Source: Acidobacteriota bacterium (GTDB lineage: Bacteria > Acidobacteriota > UBA6911 > RPQK01 > JAJDTT01). From it: a DNA stretch of 64,000 nt. This document shows positions 17,352 to 26,687 of this stretch, one piece after another. The stretch is from contig CBDCJH010000002.1 in the NCBI GenBank assembly GCA_965217775.1, positions 224,001-288,000 of the forward strand. The letters run 5' to 3'. Positions within the stretch are counted from its first letter, which is position 1, and every line of letters begins with the position of its first letter. Position numbers and translations under genes: made by a program. The notes beneath the pieces are model-generated. The model worked only from the letters and a program-made list of their open reading frames with translations. It made no database searches and was not told the origin of the DNA.

Positions 17352-18812
17352 TCAAAGGAACCGCCAGCCTCTCTGGCCGCTCAGGCCCCGGTTCGCCTTG
17401 CGGACGTATTCCCGATCCGGCAGTCCCACGAGACGGCCCTCCTGCAGCCACTCCAGGTCCGAGCCGTAGAGGTGGTCCACCAACAGCCGCACCAGACGGG
17501 CCTGAAGCTCCCGCAGGGAGGCACGCCCGGCCAGATTCCGTTGTTCCAGAGGGTCCTGGTCCAGATCGAAGAGCTGAAAGACATTTCCGACCGGATAATA
17601 GATCAGCTTGTAGCGCCGGTCGCGGATCATGCGGGTGGATTCCGGACCCTCCCGAAATTCGCCGTAGAGATGGTCACGGTCCTCTTCGCCGGCCAAGGAG
17701 ATCCCGTCCAGGAAATCGGGAGGTTCGAGTCCGCAAAGATCCAACAGCGTCGGCATTACGTCTCGAACCTCCGCCAGCCGTCGGTCGCGACTACCTGGAC
17801 GGAACCGTTCGTCACCCGCCGCCGGCACGATGATGAGGGGGATCCGGGCGGACTTCTCGTACATGACTCCCAAGGACCACATCTGGTGGTCTCCCAGCAT
17901 GTCGCCGTGATCCGCCATGAAGGCCACGATGGTGTCCTCCGACAGCCCCTCTTCGCGCAGCGTTCCCAGAACCATCCGAATCTGGTGATCGATGTGGGTG
18001 ATGGTGGCGTAGAAGGCTCTTCTCGCCAGGTCGATCTCGCCTGGAGTGGCCATTCGCATGCAGAATTGGTCCATGTACGGCTTGACACTGTAGGGCAGGT
18101 CCTCGAACGAGTGGGACCAGTCGCCGCAGACCATGGGGTCGAGTTCCAGGTTGCGGTAGAGATCGAGATCAGCGGCCGGCGGCCAGAGCGGCGGGTGCGG
18201 TCCCACGAAGGAGAGATACCAGAAACCGGGTTTCCTGGGGTCACGGCGCCGGATGGTGCGGCACATCTGCGCCGCCGCCCAGTTGGTGGGATGGCAGTGG
18301 TCGGGCAGGTGCCAGGAACGGGTCAGATAGTCGTTGTTGCTGAGTCCGCTGGCGTACTCCTGCCCCGGATAACCCTGATCGGCCAGGTAAAGTTCCCAGT
18401 CGTCGGCGTTGCCGTCGTCCAGATGATGCCGTCCTTCCTCGTTGAGGATCACCTCGTCGAAGCCGATGCGGTCACGCTGGGGATGGACATGGAGCTTGCC
18501 GACGGCATGCGCCTGATAGCCGGCTTCTCTGAAGAGCCCCGGCAACGTCGGCACCGTTTCCGGGTCCGGCATCTCCAAAGTCTCGTTGAAGACCCGGTCC
18601 CCGTGGTTCCGAGGCGAAAGGCCCGTCATCAGGCTTCGACGTGCGGGAATACAGATGGGACAGGCCGAATAGGCACGGTCGAAGTGAACGCCGTTTCGCG
18701 CCAGTTGGGCGATGGTGGGAGTCATCGCCACCGGATGTCCCGCCGGGCGGGTGAGGAGACCGGACCAGCGGTCGGCACAAATGAGCAGTACGTTGGGCCG
18801 TTTCTCCGCCAT
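17352..18812 (-). CDS. Formylglycine-dependent sulfatase, copy 2 (tandem paralogue)
   Basis: Colinear and highly similar to 15586..17046. CIPAR is retained but WAKG is changed to WSLG. ATG at 18812. Confidence 0.9.
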   Translation of the reverse strand: MAEKRPNVLLICADRWSGLLTRPAGHPVAMTPTIAQLARNGVHFDRAYSACPICIPARRSLMTGLSPRNHGDRVFNETLEMPDPETVPTLPGLFREAGYQAHAVGKLHVHPQRDRIGFDEVILNEEGRHHLDDGNADDWELYLADQGYPGQEYASGLSNNDYLTRSWHLPDHCHPTNWAAAQMCRTIRRRDPRKPGFWYLSFVGPHPPLWPPAADLDLYRNLELDPMVCGDWSHSFEDLPYSVKPYMDQFCMRMATPGEIDLARRAFYATITHIDHQIRMVLGTLREEGLSEDTIVAFMADHGDMLGDHQMWSLGVMYEKSARIPLIIVPAAGDERFRPGSRDRRLAEVRDVMPTLLDLCGLEPPDFLDGISLAGEEDRDHLYGEFREGPESTRMIRDRRYKLIYYPVGNVFQLFDLDQDPLEQRNLAGRASLRELQARLVRLLVDHLYGSDLEWLQEGRLVGLPDREYVRKANRGLSGQRGWRFL

Positions 18813-18866
18813 TGCCGGGTTCCAGACTATACGAAAAGTCCCTATTACTCTCACCTTGGACCGAAG

Positions 18867-18893
18867 AGGGCGCCCACAAGGGGCGCTCCCTAC
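18867..18893 (-). repeat. GTAG-type REP-like hairpin
   Basis: AGGGCGCCCACAAGGGGCGCTCCCTAC, one mismatch from the 17118 copy. Confidence 0.7.
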
Positions 18894-18935
18894 GCCCCAT
18901 CTTTGATATCTTGAAGTAGTGACCGAGGAGGCTCC

Positions 18936-19946
18936 ATGTACAAGAATTGCATCGCCGACATCTCATCCCACCCCGTAACCGAGCCCCAGATCTTTTTCTC
19001 CAGGCGCCGGTTTCTGGGCGGGCTCTCCATCGCCGCAATGGCTGCCGGCAATCTGCTCTGCGGAAAGGCGGCGACGTCGAACACGATGTTGGAGGCTCCC
19101 TTCAAACGGCCCGACGTATTTCCGACAAAACGAAACCAGGCCTACTCGCTTCCGGCGGACATCGACCCCCGTATGACTCCCCGGGGAAGCGCCGCCGTGC
19201 ACAATAACTTTTACGAGTTCATTCCGGGACGTGGCGGGCCCGTCTGGGAGCATGTCGAGGACTTCAAGGTGGATCCTTGGAAGGTCGTGGTCAGCGGCGA
19301 GTGCCACGAGCCTCAGACTCTGGATCTGGACGATCTCTTCGGTTTCGAGCACGAGGAGAGGGTCTATCACTTCCGTTGCGTGGAGCGTTGGGCCATGAAC
19401 GTCCCTTGGAGCGGGTTCCCCTTGAGCAAGCTCCTGGACCGCGTGAAACCGAAGGCTTCGGCTCGCTTCGTCCGCTTTCTGAGTGCCTTGAAGCCCAGTC
19501 AGATGCCTGGGGTCCGGCAAGCCCGGCTCTATCCGTGGCCCTACCACGAGGCTTTGCGCATGGACGAGGCCATGAACGAGCTGACGCTGCTGGCGACCGG
19601 AGTGTACGGAGAGCCGCTCCTGAAGCAGCACGGCGCCCCGGTGAGGCTCATCGTCCCCTGGAAGTATGGCTACAAGAGCCCCAAGTCCATCGTGAAGATC
19701 GAATTGGTCAAGAAGCAGCCCAAGACCTTCTGGCAGATCCAGGCGCACGAGTACGGTTTTCTGTCCAACGTCAATCCCTACATTCCCCATCCCCGGTGGC
19801 CGCAGAACAGGTCGCACTGGCTCGACAGCGGCAATGAGTTTCCGACCCCCCTGTTCAACGGTTACGAAAAATATGTGGCCGCCCTCTATCCGGACGAGCC
19901 CAGAACTCTGCAGCGCGCCCTACGGTCCGGCCAGATCGCCCGCTGA
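18936..19946 (+). CDS. msrP: Protein-methionine-sulfoxide reductase catalytic subunit (Mo cofactor)
   Basis: GGAGG RBS, Tat motif SRRRFL, NNFYEF, EERVYHFRCVERW, HGAPVRLIVPWKYGYKSPKSIVKI, EYGFLSNVNP..HPRW. Confidence 0.93.
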   Translation: MYKNCIADISSHPVTEPQIFFSRRRFLGGLSIAAMAAGNLLCGKAATSNTMLEAPFKRPDVFPTKRNQAYSLPADIDPRMTPRGSAAVHNNFYEFIPGRGGPVWEHVEDFKVDPWKVVVSGECHEPQTLDLDDLFGFEHEERVYHFRCVERWAMNVPWSGFPLSKLLDRVKPKASARFVRFLSALKPSQMPGVRQARLYPWPYHEALRMDEAMNELTLLATGVYGEPLLKQHGAPVRLIVPWKYGYKSPKSIVKIELVKKQPKTFWQIQAHEYGFLSNVNPYIPHPRWPQNRSHWLDSGNEFPTPLFNGYEKYVAALYPDEPRTLQRALRSGQIAR

Positions 19947-19996
19947 TTCCCGTCCGGCGGAGAAATGCGGGCTGGAGGGTTCGCACGCGGTGCGTC

Positions 19997-20659
19997 ATGT
20001 CCCATGAGTCGACTCTGATCCTGGCCTCGGGATCTCCACGCCGGAGGGAACTAATTGCGCGCCTGGGCTTCCCCTTTGTCTGTCGTGCAAGCGGCCTGGA
20101 CGAAGAGAAAGTCGAGGCGCCTGAAACTTCGATTCTGGCTGCCAGTCTGGCCCGGATGAAGGCCCGCAAGGTCGCCTCCGGTGCGCGCCAGGGCCTCGTC
20201 ATCGGGTGTGACACGCTGGTGTGTCTGGATGGCAGGATCCTGGGCAAACCGTCCGATCGCCACGATGCCCGGCAGATGCTCTGGACGCTTCGGGGCCGTA
20301 CCCACGATGTGGTCACGGCCGTGGCCGTGCTCGAGGCTCAATCGGGAAGGGAAGTGACGTCGGTGGTGACTTCCCAGGTGCGCATGCGCCGCTTCGGCCA
20401 AACTGTTCTGAGCCGTTATCTGGATTCGGGCGATTCGCTGGACAAGGCGGGCGCCTACGGGATTCAGACGGCCGGAGCCGAGTTGGTGGAGTCCTTTTCC
20501 GGATGCTATTTCAACATCGTCGGCCTTCCACTCTGTGAACTGACCCGGCTCCTGACCCGGTTCGGGATGGATTCGGATCCGACCCGCCCCGCGTGCGATT
20601 TGCCCGGCGGCCAAGTCTGTCCGCGCTGGGAAGGCGCGTCGGTCTGGGAGATCAAGTGA
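19997..20659 (+). CDS. maf: Maf family nucleotide pyrophosphatase
   Basis: LILASGSPRRRELI, GCDTLV..GRILGKP, DKAGAYGIQ, NIVGLP. Confidence 0.93.
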   Translation: MSHESTLILASGSPRRRELIARLGFPFVCRASGLDEEKVEAPETSILAASLARMKARKVASGARQGLVIGCDTLVCLDGRILGKPSDRHDARQMLWTLRGRTHDVVTAVAVLEAQSGREVTSVVTSQVRMRRFGQTVLSRYLDSGDSLDKAGAYGIQTAGAELVESFSGCYFNIVGLPLCELTRLLTRFGMDSDPTRPACDLPGGQVCPRWEGASVWEIK

Positions 20660-20682
20660 GCCCAGGGCGACGACAAGCGAAG

Positions 20683-20708
20683 AGGGCAACCACAAGGGTT
20701 GCCCCTAC
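20683..20708 (-). repeat. GTAG-type REP-like hairpin (variant)
   Basis: Reverse complement is GTAGGGGCAACCCTTGTGGTTGCCCT, with compensatory stem changes relative to the other two copies; a partial copy lies at ~20664-20677. Confidence 0.7.
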
Positions 20709-20768
20709 GAGGTTCCGGTTCCTTTCCCGCGTGTATACTCGCGGACGAACCGGAAACCAGGGGCAACC

Positions 20769-21935
20769 ATGAAACGATGGAATCTCGTGCTGGCGCTCGC
20801 GGCCATGGCGGCGGCCAGTGCCTGGCTGGCTGTGGGAGTCGGCGGCGACGACGACGCCAGGGCGCGCCGGCTGCATTTTTCTTCGTTGGTGCTGGACACT
20901 CACATCGATACCCCGTTGCAGATGAAGGACCCGAACTGGGACTTCGGACAGGAGCACGAATCGGGGCACGTGGACCTGCCGCGTCTGAAGCGGGGAGGAT
21001 TGGACGGCGCCTTCTTCTCCATTTACATGCCCGGGACCGTCACCGGTCCCAAGGCCGTCAGCGACTCACTAAAGACGATTGCCTCGGTTCATCGTCTGGT
21101 GGAGCTGTATGGGGATTCCCTGGAACTGTGCACCAACGCCTCCGGTGTGCGCCGGGCCCAACGATCGGGCAAGTTCGCCGTGCTCATGGGGATGGAGGGG
21201 GGGCACATGATCCACAACAGCCTCCCCATTCTCCGGATGTATGCCCGGCTCGGGATCCGCTATCTGACGCTGACCCACAACGTGAACACCGAGTGGGCCG
21301 ATTCGGTGGCTGATTCGCGCGTCTACGGGGGACTGAACGAGTTGGGAGTAAGCGTGGTGAAGGAGCTGAACCGATTGGGCGTGCTGGTGGACGTCTCCCA
21401 TGTTTCGGACGAGACCTTCTGGGACGTTCTGGAGGTCAGCGAAGCCCCGGTGGTGGCGAGCCACTCCTCCTGCCGGGATCTGTCGAATCATCCCCGGAAC
21501 ATGAATGACGAGATGATTCGGGGCCTGGCCAAACAGGGAGGTGTGATCCAGATCACCTTCGTGGATCAGTTTCTGGACGTGGAGCATCATGCGGCTCGGG
21601 AGGCCTCGATCCAGAAGGCGTCTTCAGATGGGGAGGCGGAAACGGACCGGGAGCCGATCCCCCCGGTGAATTGGGAGAGGATCGTGGACCACATCGATCA
21701 CGCCGTCCGGGTGGCGGGAGTGGACCATGTGGGTCTCGGCTCCGATTTCGACGGTGCGGACATGCCCCGGGGGATGGAGGACGTCAGCTTTCTCCCCAAG
21801 ATTACCCAAGAGCTGCTGGAACGGGGCTACGACGAAAGCCAGATCAGATTGATCCTGGGTGAGAACACGCTGAGGGTCCTGCAGCAGGCGGAAGAGGTCG
21901 CCATCGGCATCCGGGCTCGGGAGGGCGCCCGATGA
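20769..21935 (+). CDS. Membrane dipeptidase (peptidase M19), secreted
   Basis: Signal peptide, DTHID, HVDLPRL, MEGGH, VDVSH, ASHS, GLGSDFDG. Confidence 0.92.
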   Translation: MKRWNLVLALAAMAAASAWLAVGVGGDDDARARRLHFSSLVLDTHIDTPLQMKDPNWDFGQEHESGHVDLPRLKRGGLDGAFFSIYMPGTVTGPKAVSDSLKTIASVHRLVELYGDSLELCTNASGVRRAQRSGKFAVLMGMEGGHMIHNSLPILRMYARLGIRYLTLTHNVNTEWADSVADSRVYGGLNELGVSVVKELNRLGVLVDVSHVSDETFWDVLEVSEAPVVASHSSCRDLSNHPRNMNDEMIRGLAKQGGVIQITFVDQFLDVEHHAAREASIQKASSDGEAETDREPIPPVNWERIVDHIDHAVRVAGVDHVGLGSDFDGADMPRGMEDVSFLPKITQELLERGYDESQIRLILGENTLRVLQQAEEVAIGIRAREGAR

Positions 21936-21994
21936 TTCCGGCATCCCTCCGGCACTTGCCACCCGGCCGCCGGATTCATTACCCTGCACTGGTT

Positions 21995-22555
21995 ATGAGA
22001 AGACTTCTGCTGTCCCTTCTTCTGGTTCCCGTCCAGGTCAGCGCCGTGGTCGCGCTTCAGGGCCCCAGCCGCGGGATCACTTCCGTCTCCCCCGACGGGC
22101 GGGAGTTCGTAAACGTCTTCAACGCCGCCTCCGACCGGACCCGGCTGGTGGCGGTTTTCTCTCCCACGTGCGGCCACTGCCTCCGGGGAGCGGCCGACAT
22201 CCAGAACATTCTCAGTCAGGAATCCGGAGCCAGAATCAAGGTTCTGATTCTCTGGGCGCCCATCCTGGGAATGGATTCCAAAAGAGCGGCACAGCAGGCC
22301 GCCGCCTATCTTCGGGACCCGCGGGCCGAACATTTCTGGGACCTTTGGAACTTCGGCCGCCAACACTACAACAAGCAGCTCCAATATCCCGAAGATGCTT
22401 CGGCTTGGAACCTCTTCATCCTCTACAAACCCCACCTTGCCTGGCGCCAGGGCGGTCCGGAGCCGACGGTCTGGATGCAGGGTCACGATCTGGACATCGG
22501 TCTGAAATACACGGCGGAGCTGCTCCACGAGCACGTCAAGAAGTGGGTCCGCTGA
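21995..22555 (+). CDS. Secreted thioredoxin-like CxxC protein
   Basis: Signal peptide MRRLLLSLLL..; FNAASDRTRLVAVFSPTCGHCLRGA; DPRAEHFWD. Confidence 0.65.
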   Translation: MRRLLLSLLLVPVQVSAVVALQGPSRGITSVSPDGREFVNVFNAASDRTRLVAVFSPTCGHCLRGAADIQNILSQESGARIKVLILWAPILGMDSKRAAQQAAAYLRDPRAEHFWDLWNFGRQHYNKQLQYPEDASAWNLFILYKPHLAWRQGGPEPTVWMQGHDLDIGLKYTAELLHEHVKKWVR

Positions 22556-22594
22556 TCGCCGGGGCCGTAGCCGGAGGTCGAATCCGGCGGCCGG

Positions 22595-23527
22595 TCAACC
22601 GAAGGTGTCGGGCTGGGATGCCTGGTCGAGGCGCTCTCTCAATTCCGGATCCAAACCCCGTTCCAGGGTCTCGAAGGCCTGATCCACGTGGGAGATCTTT
22701 CTCCCTCCGATGAGAACGCAGGTGATGCCGGGGTGAAAAAAGGTCCAGGCCAGCGCCAGGTCCACCAGTGAACGTCCTGCCTCCGCGGCGATGGCCTTGA
22801 TCCGGTCCACACACGCGAAGTTCCGATTACTGAAGAAGACGTCCTGGTGGCCGGGAGCCACGTCGAACCGGGTGCCGGCGGGGATAGGACCTCCCTTGGA
22901 GTACTTGCCGGCCAGGAATCCCGAGGCGATGGGAGCGTAGGAAATGATGGCCACGTCCTGGTCCTTGCACAGGGGGATCATCTCCGATTCGATGCTGCGT
23001 TCGACCAGGCTGAAGGAAGGTTGCATCGATTCGAAGCGGGCCCATCCGCTCCGGTCCTGGCGCCAGAGCGCCTTGCAGAATTGCCAGGCGGCGCAGTTGC
23101 TCAGTCCCAGATGGCGGACCTTCCCCGCCTGAACGGCCCGGTCCAGGCTCTCCAGGATCTCGTCCAAGGGGTCCCCGTCGTGGGGAAAGTGGTGGATCTG
23201 AAAAAGGTCGATCCAATCGGTCTGCAGGCATTGCAGACTCTGCTCGATCTTCTCGGTGATGATGGTTCCGTTCAGCTTCCCGTAGCATTTGGTGGCCAGG
23301 ATGATCTCCTGGCGGTTCTTCCGGTCGGCGAGCCAGCAGCCGATGATGCGTTCCGATTCGCGGTTGCTGTAGGCCTCGGCCGTGTCCAGAAGATTGATTC
23401 CCCGCTCCAGAGCGCGATCCATGAGGCGCCAGGCGGTCGGCCCGTCGATCTCCCGGCCGAATGTGGCTCCTCCGAAGGCGATCTGGCTCACTCGAAGTTC
23501 AGTGCTGCCGAAGCGTCGGTATTCCAT
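22595..23527 (-). CDS. Aldo/keto reductase
   Basis: MEYRRFGSTELRVS, DTAEAYS, ILATK, IDLFQIH, GKVRHLGLSN, YAPIASGFL. ATG at 23527. Confidence 0.93.
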   Translation of the reverse strand: MEYRRFGSTELRVSQIAFGGATFGREIDGPTAWRLMDRALERGINLLDTAEAYSNRESERIIGCWLADRKNRQEIILATKCYGKLNGTIITEKIEQSLQCLQTDWIDLFQIHHFPHDGDPLDEILESLDRAVQAGKVRHLGLSNCAAWQFCKALWRQDRSGWARFESMQPSFSLVERSIESEMIPLCKDQDVAIISYAPIASGFLAGKYSKGGPIPAGTRFDVAPGHQDVFFSNRNFACVDRIKAIAAEAGRSLVDLALAWTFFHPGITCVLIGGRKISHVDQAFETLERGLDPELRERLDQASQPDTFG

Positions 23528-23711
23528 CGGTCGGTCCTCCTGGGAAGGCGGATTGTAGGTTTGAACCGGAAGAGTGTCAAGGCTTGTGGGAGGAGGGAAT
23601 CGGCCCTGAATTTGCGCCTTTTCCGACCCTTCAAGTACCATACGTCCGGGCGAGTTGAGGCCGTACCCCTCTCCTCCCGGGCCGGGTGAATCGTCTCGAG
23701 AGACAGGCTCC

Positions 23712-24989
23712 ATGAAGCGGGATTTCGCGTTCGAAATGTCGATGTCCAACATCCGCTTCGGGAGCGGCGCCACCCGGGAAGTGGGGATGGACCTGGCCGA
23801 TCTCGGCGCCAAGCGGGTCATGGTTCTCTCAGACCCGAACCTGGCGGAGAGCCCTCCCGTCGAGTCGGCCCTGGAATCCCTCTCACGTGAAAACGTCGAA
23901 TTCTCCCTTTTCGACGCGGTCCGCGTAGAGCCGACGGACGCTTCGTTTCAAGAGGCCATCGATTTCGCGACGGAAGGCGGATTCGACGCCTTCGTCGCCG
24001 TAGGCGGCGGCTCCACCATGGACACCGCCAAGGCGGCCAACCTCTACTCCACGTATCCCGCGGACTTGCTGGAATATGTGAATCATCCGATTGGACGGGG
24101 CCGGCCGGTTCCAGGTCCGCTCAAGCCCTTGATCGCCATTCCCACTACGGCCGGCACGGGGAGCGAGACTACCGGTGTGGCCATCTTCGATCTGCATGGC
24201 ATGAAGGCCAAGACGGGAATCGCTCACCGGAGACTGAGACCCACGCTGGGCATCATCGATCCCGAGAACACCAGGACCTTGCCGCCCGTCGTGGCCGCCT
24301 CTACGGGTCTGGACGTCCTGAGCCATGCTCTCGAGTCCTATACGGCCATCCCCTTCGGCCAGCGGCCCCTTCCCGCACGGCCGGTGGAGCGGCCCGCCTA
24401 TCAGGGCTCCAATCCGGTCAGCGACATCTGGGCCCGGCAGAGCCTCGCGATCGTCTCCCGCTACCTGGTCCGGGCCGTAGCGGATCCTGAGGACGAAAAA
24501 GCCCGTTCCCAGATGCTGCTGGCCGCGGCCTACGCCGGTATCGGATTCGGAAACGCCGGGGTGCATCTGCCCCATGGCATGTCCTATCCGGTCTCCGGCA
24601 TGGTCAAGAGCTTCCGCCCGGAGGGTTACGGACCCGGCCATCCCCTGGTTCCCCACGGCATGTCCGTCATCCTGAACGCTCCGGCGGTTTTCCGTTTCAC
24701 CGCCGCCGCCTGTCCCGGACGCCACTTGGAGGCCGCCCGGATCCTGGGGGCGCGCGCGTCCGGCGCCAGTGAGGAGGATGCGGGTGAAATCCTGGCGGAT
24801 GAGATCATTCGCATGATGCGGCGCCTGAAGATGCCCAGCGGTCTCGCCGAAATCGGGTATGATGCGGGAGACATCCCCGGGTTGGTGCGGGGAACGCTGC
24901 CCCAACACCGCGTGACGAAACTCTCTCCTCGCCCTGCCGGTGAGGAGGAACTGGCCCGAATGTATGAAGATGCGATGGCTTACTGGTAA
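23712..24989 (+). CDS. Hydroxyacid-oxoacid transhydrogenase (ADHFE1/HOT-like iron-containing ADH)
   Basis: DFAFEMSMSNIRFG, GGGSTMDTAK, IPTTAGTGSETT, RPAYQGSNP, GNAGVHLPHGMSYP, VPHG. Confidence 0.88.
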   Translation: MKRDFAFEMSMSNIRFGSGATREVGMDLADLGAKRVMVLSDPNLAESPPVESALESLSRENVEFSLFDAVRVEPTDASFQEAIDFATEGGFDAFVAVGGGSTMDTAKAANLYSTYPADLLEYVNHPIGRGRPVPGPLKPLIAIPTTAGTGSETTGVAIFDLHGMKAKTGIAHRRLRPTLGIIDPENTRTLPPVVAASTGLDVLSHALESYTAIPFGQRPLPARPVERPAYQGSNPVSDIWARQSLAIVSRYLVRAVADPEDEKARSQMLLAAAYAGIGFGNAGVHLPHGMSYPVSGMVKSFRPEGYGPGHPLVPHGMSVILNAPAVFRFTAAACPGRHLEAARILGARASGASEEDAGEILADEIIRMMRRLKMPSGLAEIGYDAGDIPGLVRGTLPQHRVTKLSPRPAGEEELARMYEDAMAYW

Positions 24990-25386
24990 TTTTCGGTGGT
25001 GGCAGTTGGTTGTCGGCGCCGGTCTGTGCCTGGTCTCCTCCGGCTCGGAATGGGTCCTGGCCCAGGATGTGGGATCGCCGGTTCCTCCACCCTTCCGGGC
25101 TGAGCGCCGCTCCGATTTCAATCCCACCCGCACCGTCAAGGGCATGTTGATCGGGATCAGCCACGAACGGATGAGTCTCACCGTGCTGGACCGCAAGGAG
25201 GGCACCTCCTTTGCGCTCTTCTTCCCTGAAAACGCCAAAGTGAAGGCCTCCAGGAAGATCCGGAAGGCACTGGGGAAGAAGAAGACGTCGTGGCAGGACC
25301 TGAAACCGGGCTTCCGGATCGAGGTGAAGTTTCTGGAACTGAACCGGGAAGTCCTGGAGATCAAACTCCTGAAGGTCGAGAGCTGA
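24970..25386 (+). CDS. Small secreted hypothetical protein (OB-like beta protein)
   Basis: Signal-like N-terminus, basic beta-rich body ending WQDLKPGFRIEVKF; fills the gap between co-oriented genes. Confidence 0.6.
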   Translation: MRWLTGNFRWWQLVVGAGLCLVSSGSEWVLAQDVGSPVPPPFRAERRSDFNPTRTVKGMLIGISHERMSLTVLDRKEGTSFALFFPENAKVKASRKIRKALGKKKTSWQDLKPGFRIEVKFLELNREVLEIKLLKVES

Positions 25387-25418
25387 GCGGCCGAATCGAC
25401 CCTTTCTGGTCGACGGAG

Positions 25419-26678
25419 ATGGGAGTGGGCAAGGATCGGAGTTCGGCTCACACCGGTACATCCAACCGGAGACGGTTCCTGGAAGGGACGGTGGCGGCGC
25501 TGGCCGGGAGTTCGGTTCTGGCTGGGAGCGTCTCCCAATCCGGTTCCGGGGCAGACTGGTTTCAGATTCGGAAACAGTTCCTCTTAAAGCCGGGCACGAT
25601 CTACCTGAACTGCGCCAGTATCGGTGTTCCTCCGGCGCCGGTGGTGGACGCGCTGACCCGGAATCGGCGATCCATGGCCGTGGACCCGGTCGGCGCCAAA
25701 AGCGACTTGAGCCGCCGGATCATCGAGCATTCTCGTCCCTCCCTGGCCGCCTTTCTGGGGGTGGATCCCCAGGAGGTGGCCTTTACCCAGAACGCGAGCC
25801 AGGGTCTGCAAAGCATCGCCGTCGGGATTGCCCTGAAACGGGGAGACGAGGTGCTGACCACGAGCCACGAGCACCCCGCCGGGATTCGACCCTGGAGGCG
25901 GCGGGCCCAACTGGAAGGGATCGTGGTGCACGAGGTCCCCATGCCCAGTCCGCTCCCTCCCAAGGAAAAAATTCTGGAGCGGATCGGTGCCCGCATGACT
26001 TCCAGGACCCGGGTCCTGTTCTTCTGTCAGGTCACACGCGGCGGCCTGCTCAACCCCGTCAAGGAACTCTGTGCGCTGGCCCGGGAGAGAGGGGTGCTCT
26101 CGGCGGTGGACGGGGCTCAGGCGGTGGGAATGATGCCGGTCGACCTCGGCAACCTGGGATGCGATTTTTTCGCGGCCAGCCTCCACAAGTGGGTTCTGGC
26201 CCCGGCGGGAACCGGCGTGCTCTTTGTCCGGCGGCAAGTCCAGGACGAATTCTCTCCTGGACTCGCATTGAAGGAGCCGGCCGACGCCCGCCGCTTTCAG
26301 ATGCCGGGGACCTTCGGGTATTCGGTCCGCGCCAGCCTCGGCGACGCCATCGCTTTTCTCCGCAATCTCGGTCTGGAACGGATCGGCGCGCGAAACCGCC
26401 AGTTGTCCGACTATCTGAAGGAGAGGCTGGCAAGTCTGCCCCGGGTCCGATTGATCAGTTCCCGGTCGCCCCGTCTTTCCTCTCCTGGCATCACCATCTT
26501 CGAGGTTCCGGGGCATGGCGGGATGGAACTGAGAGCTGGACTTCAAGAACGGGGCATCGGTGTGGATGACCATGTCCGCGACGGACACGACGCGGTCCGG
26601 ATCGCCACCCACTTTTTCAACACTCGAGCCGAGATCGACCGGACCCTCTCGGCGCTGCAGGAATTGATCCGGGCCTGA
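25419..26678 (+). CDS. Class V PLP-dependent aminotransferase (isopenicillin N epimerase/cysteine desulfurase-like) with Tat signal
   Basis: NRRRFLEG Tat motif, YLNCAS, HEHPAG, VDGAQAVG, SLHKW (PLP lysine). Confidence 0.85.
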   Translation: MGVGKDRSSAHTGTSNRRRFLEGTVAALAGSSVLAGSVSQSGSGADWFQIRKQFLLKPGTIYLNCASIGVPPAPVVDALTRNRRSMAVDPVGAKSDLSRRIIEHSRPSLAAFLGVDPQEVAFTQNASQGLQSIAVGIALKRGDEVLTTSHEHPAGIRPWRRRAQLEGIVVHEVPMPSPLPPKEKILERIGARMTSRTRVLFFCQVTRGGLLNPVKELCALARERGVLSAVDGAQAVGMMPVDLGNLGCDFFAASLHKWVLAPAGTGVLFVRRQVQDEFSPGLALKEPADARRFQMPGTFGYSVRASLGDAIAFLRNLGLERIGARNRQLSDYLKERLASLPRVRLISSRSPRLSSPGITIFEVPGHGGMELRAGLQERGIGVDDHVRDGHDAVRIATHFFNTRAEIDRTLSALQELIRA

Positions 26679-26687
26679 GGCCGAAAA

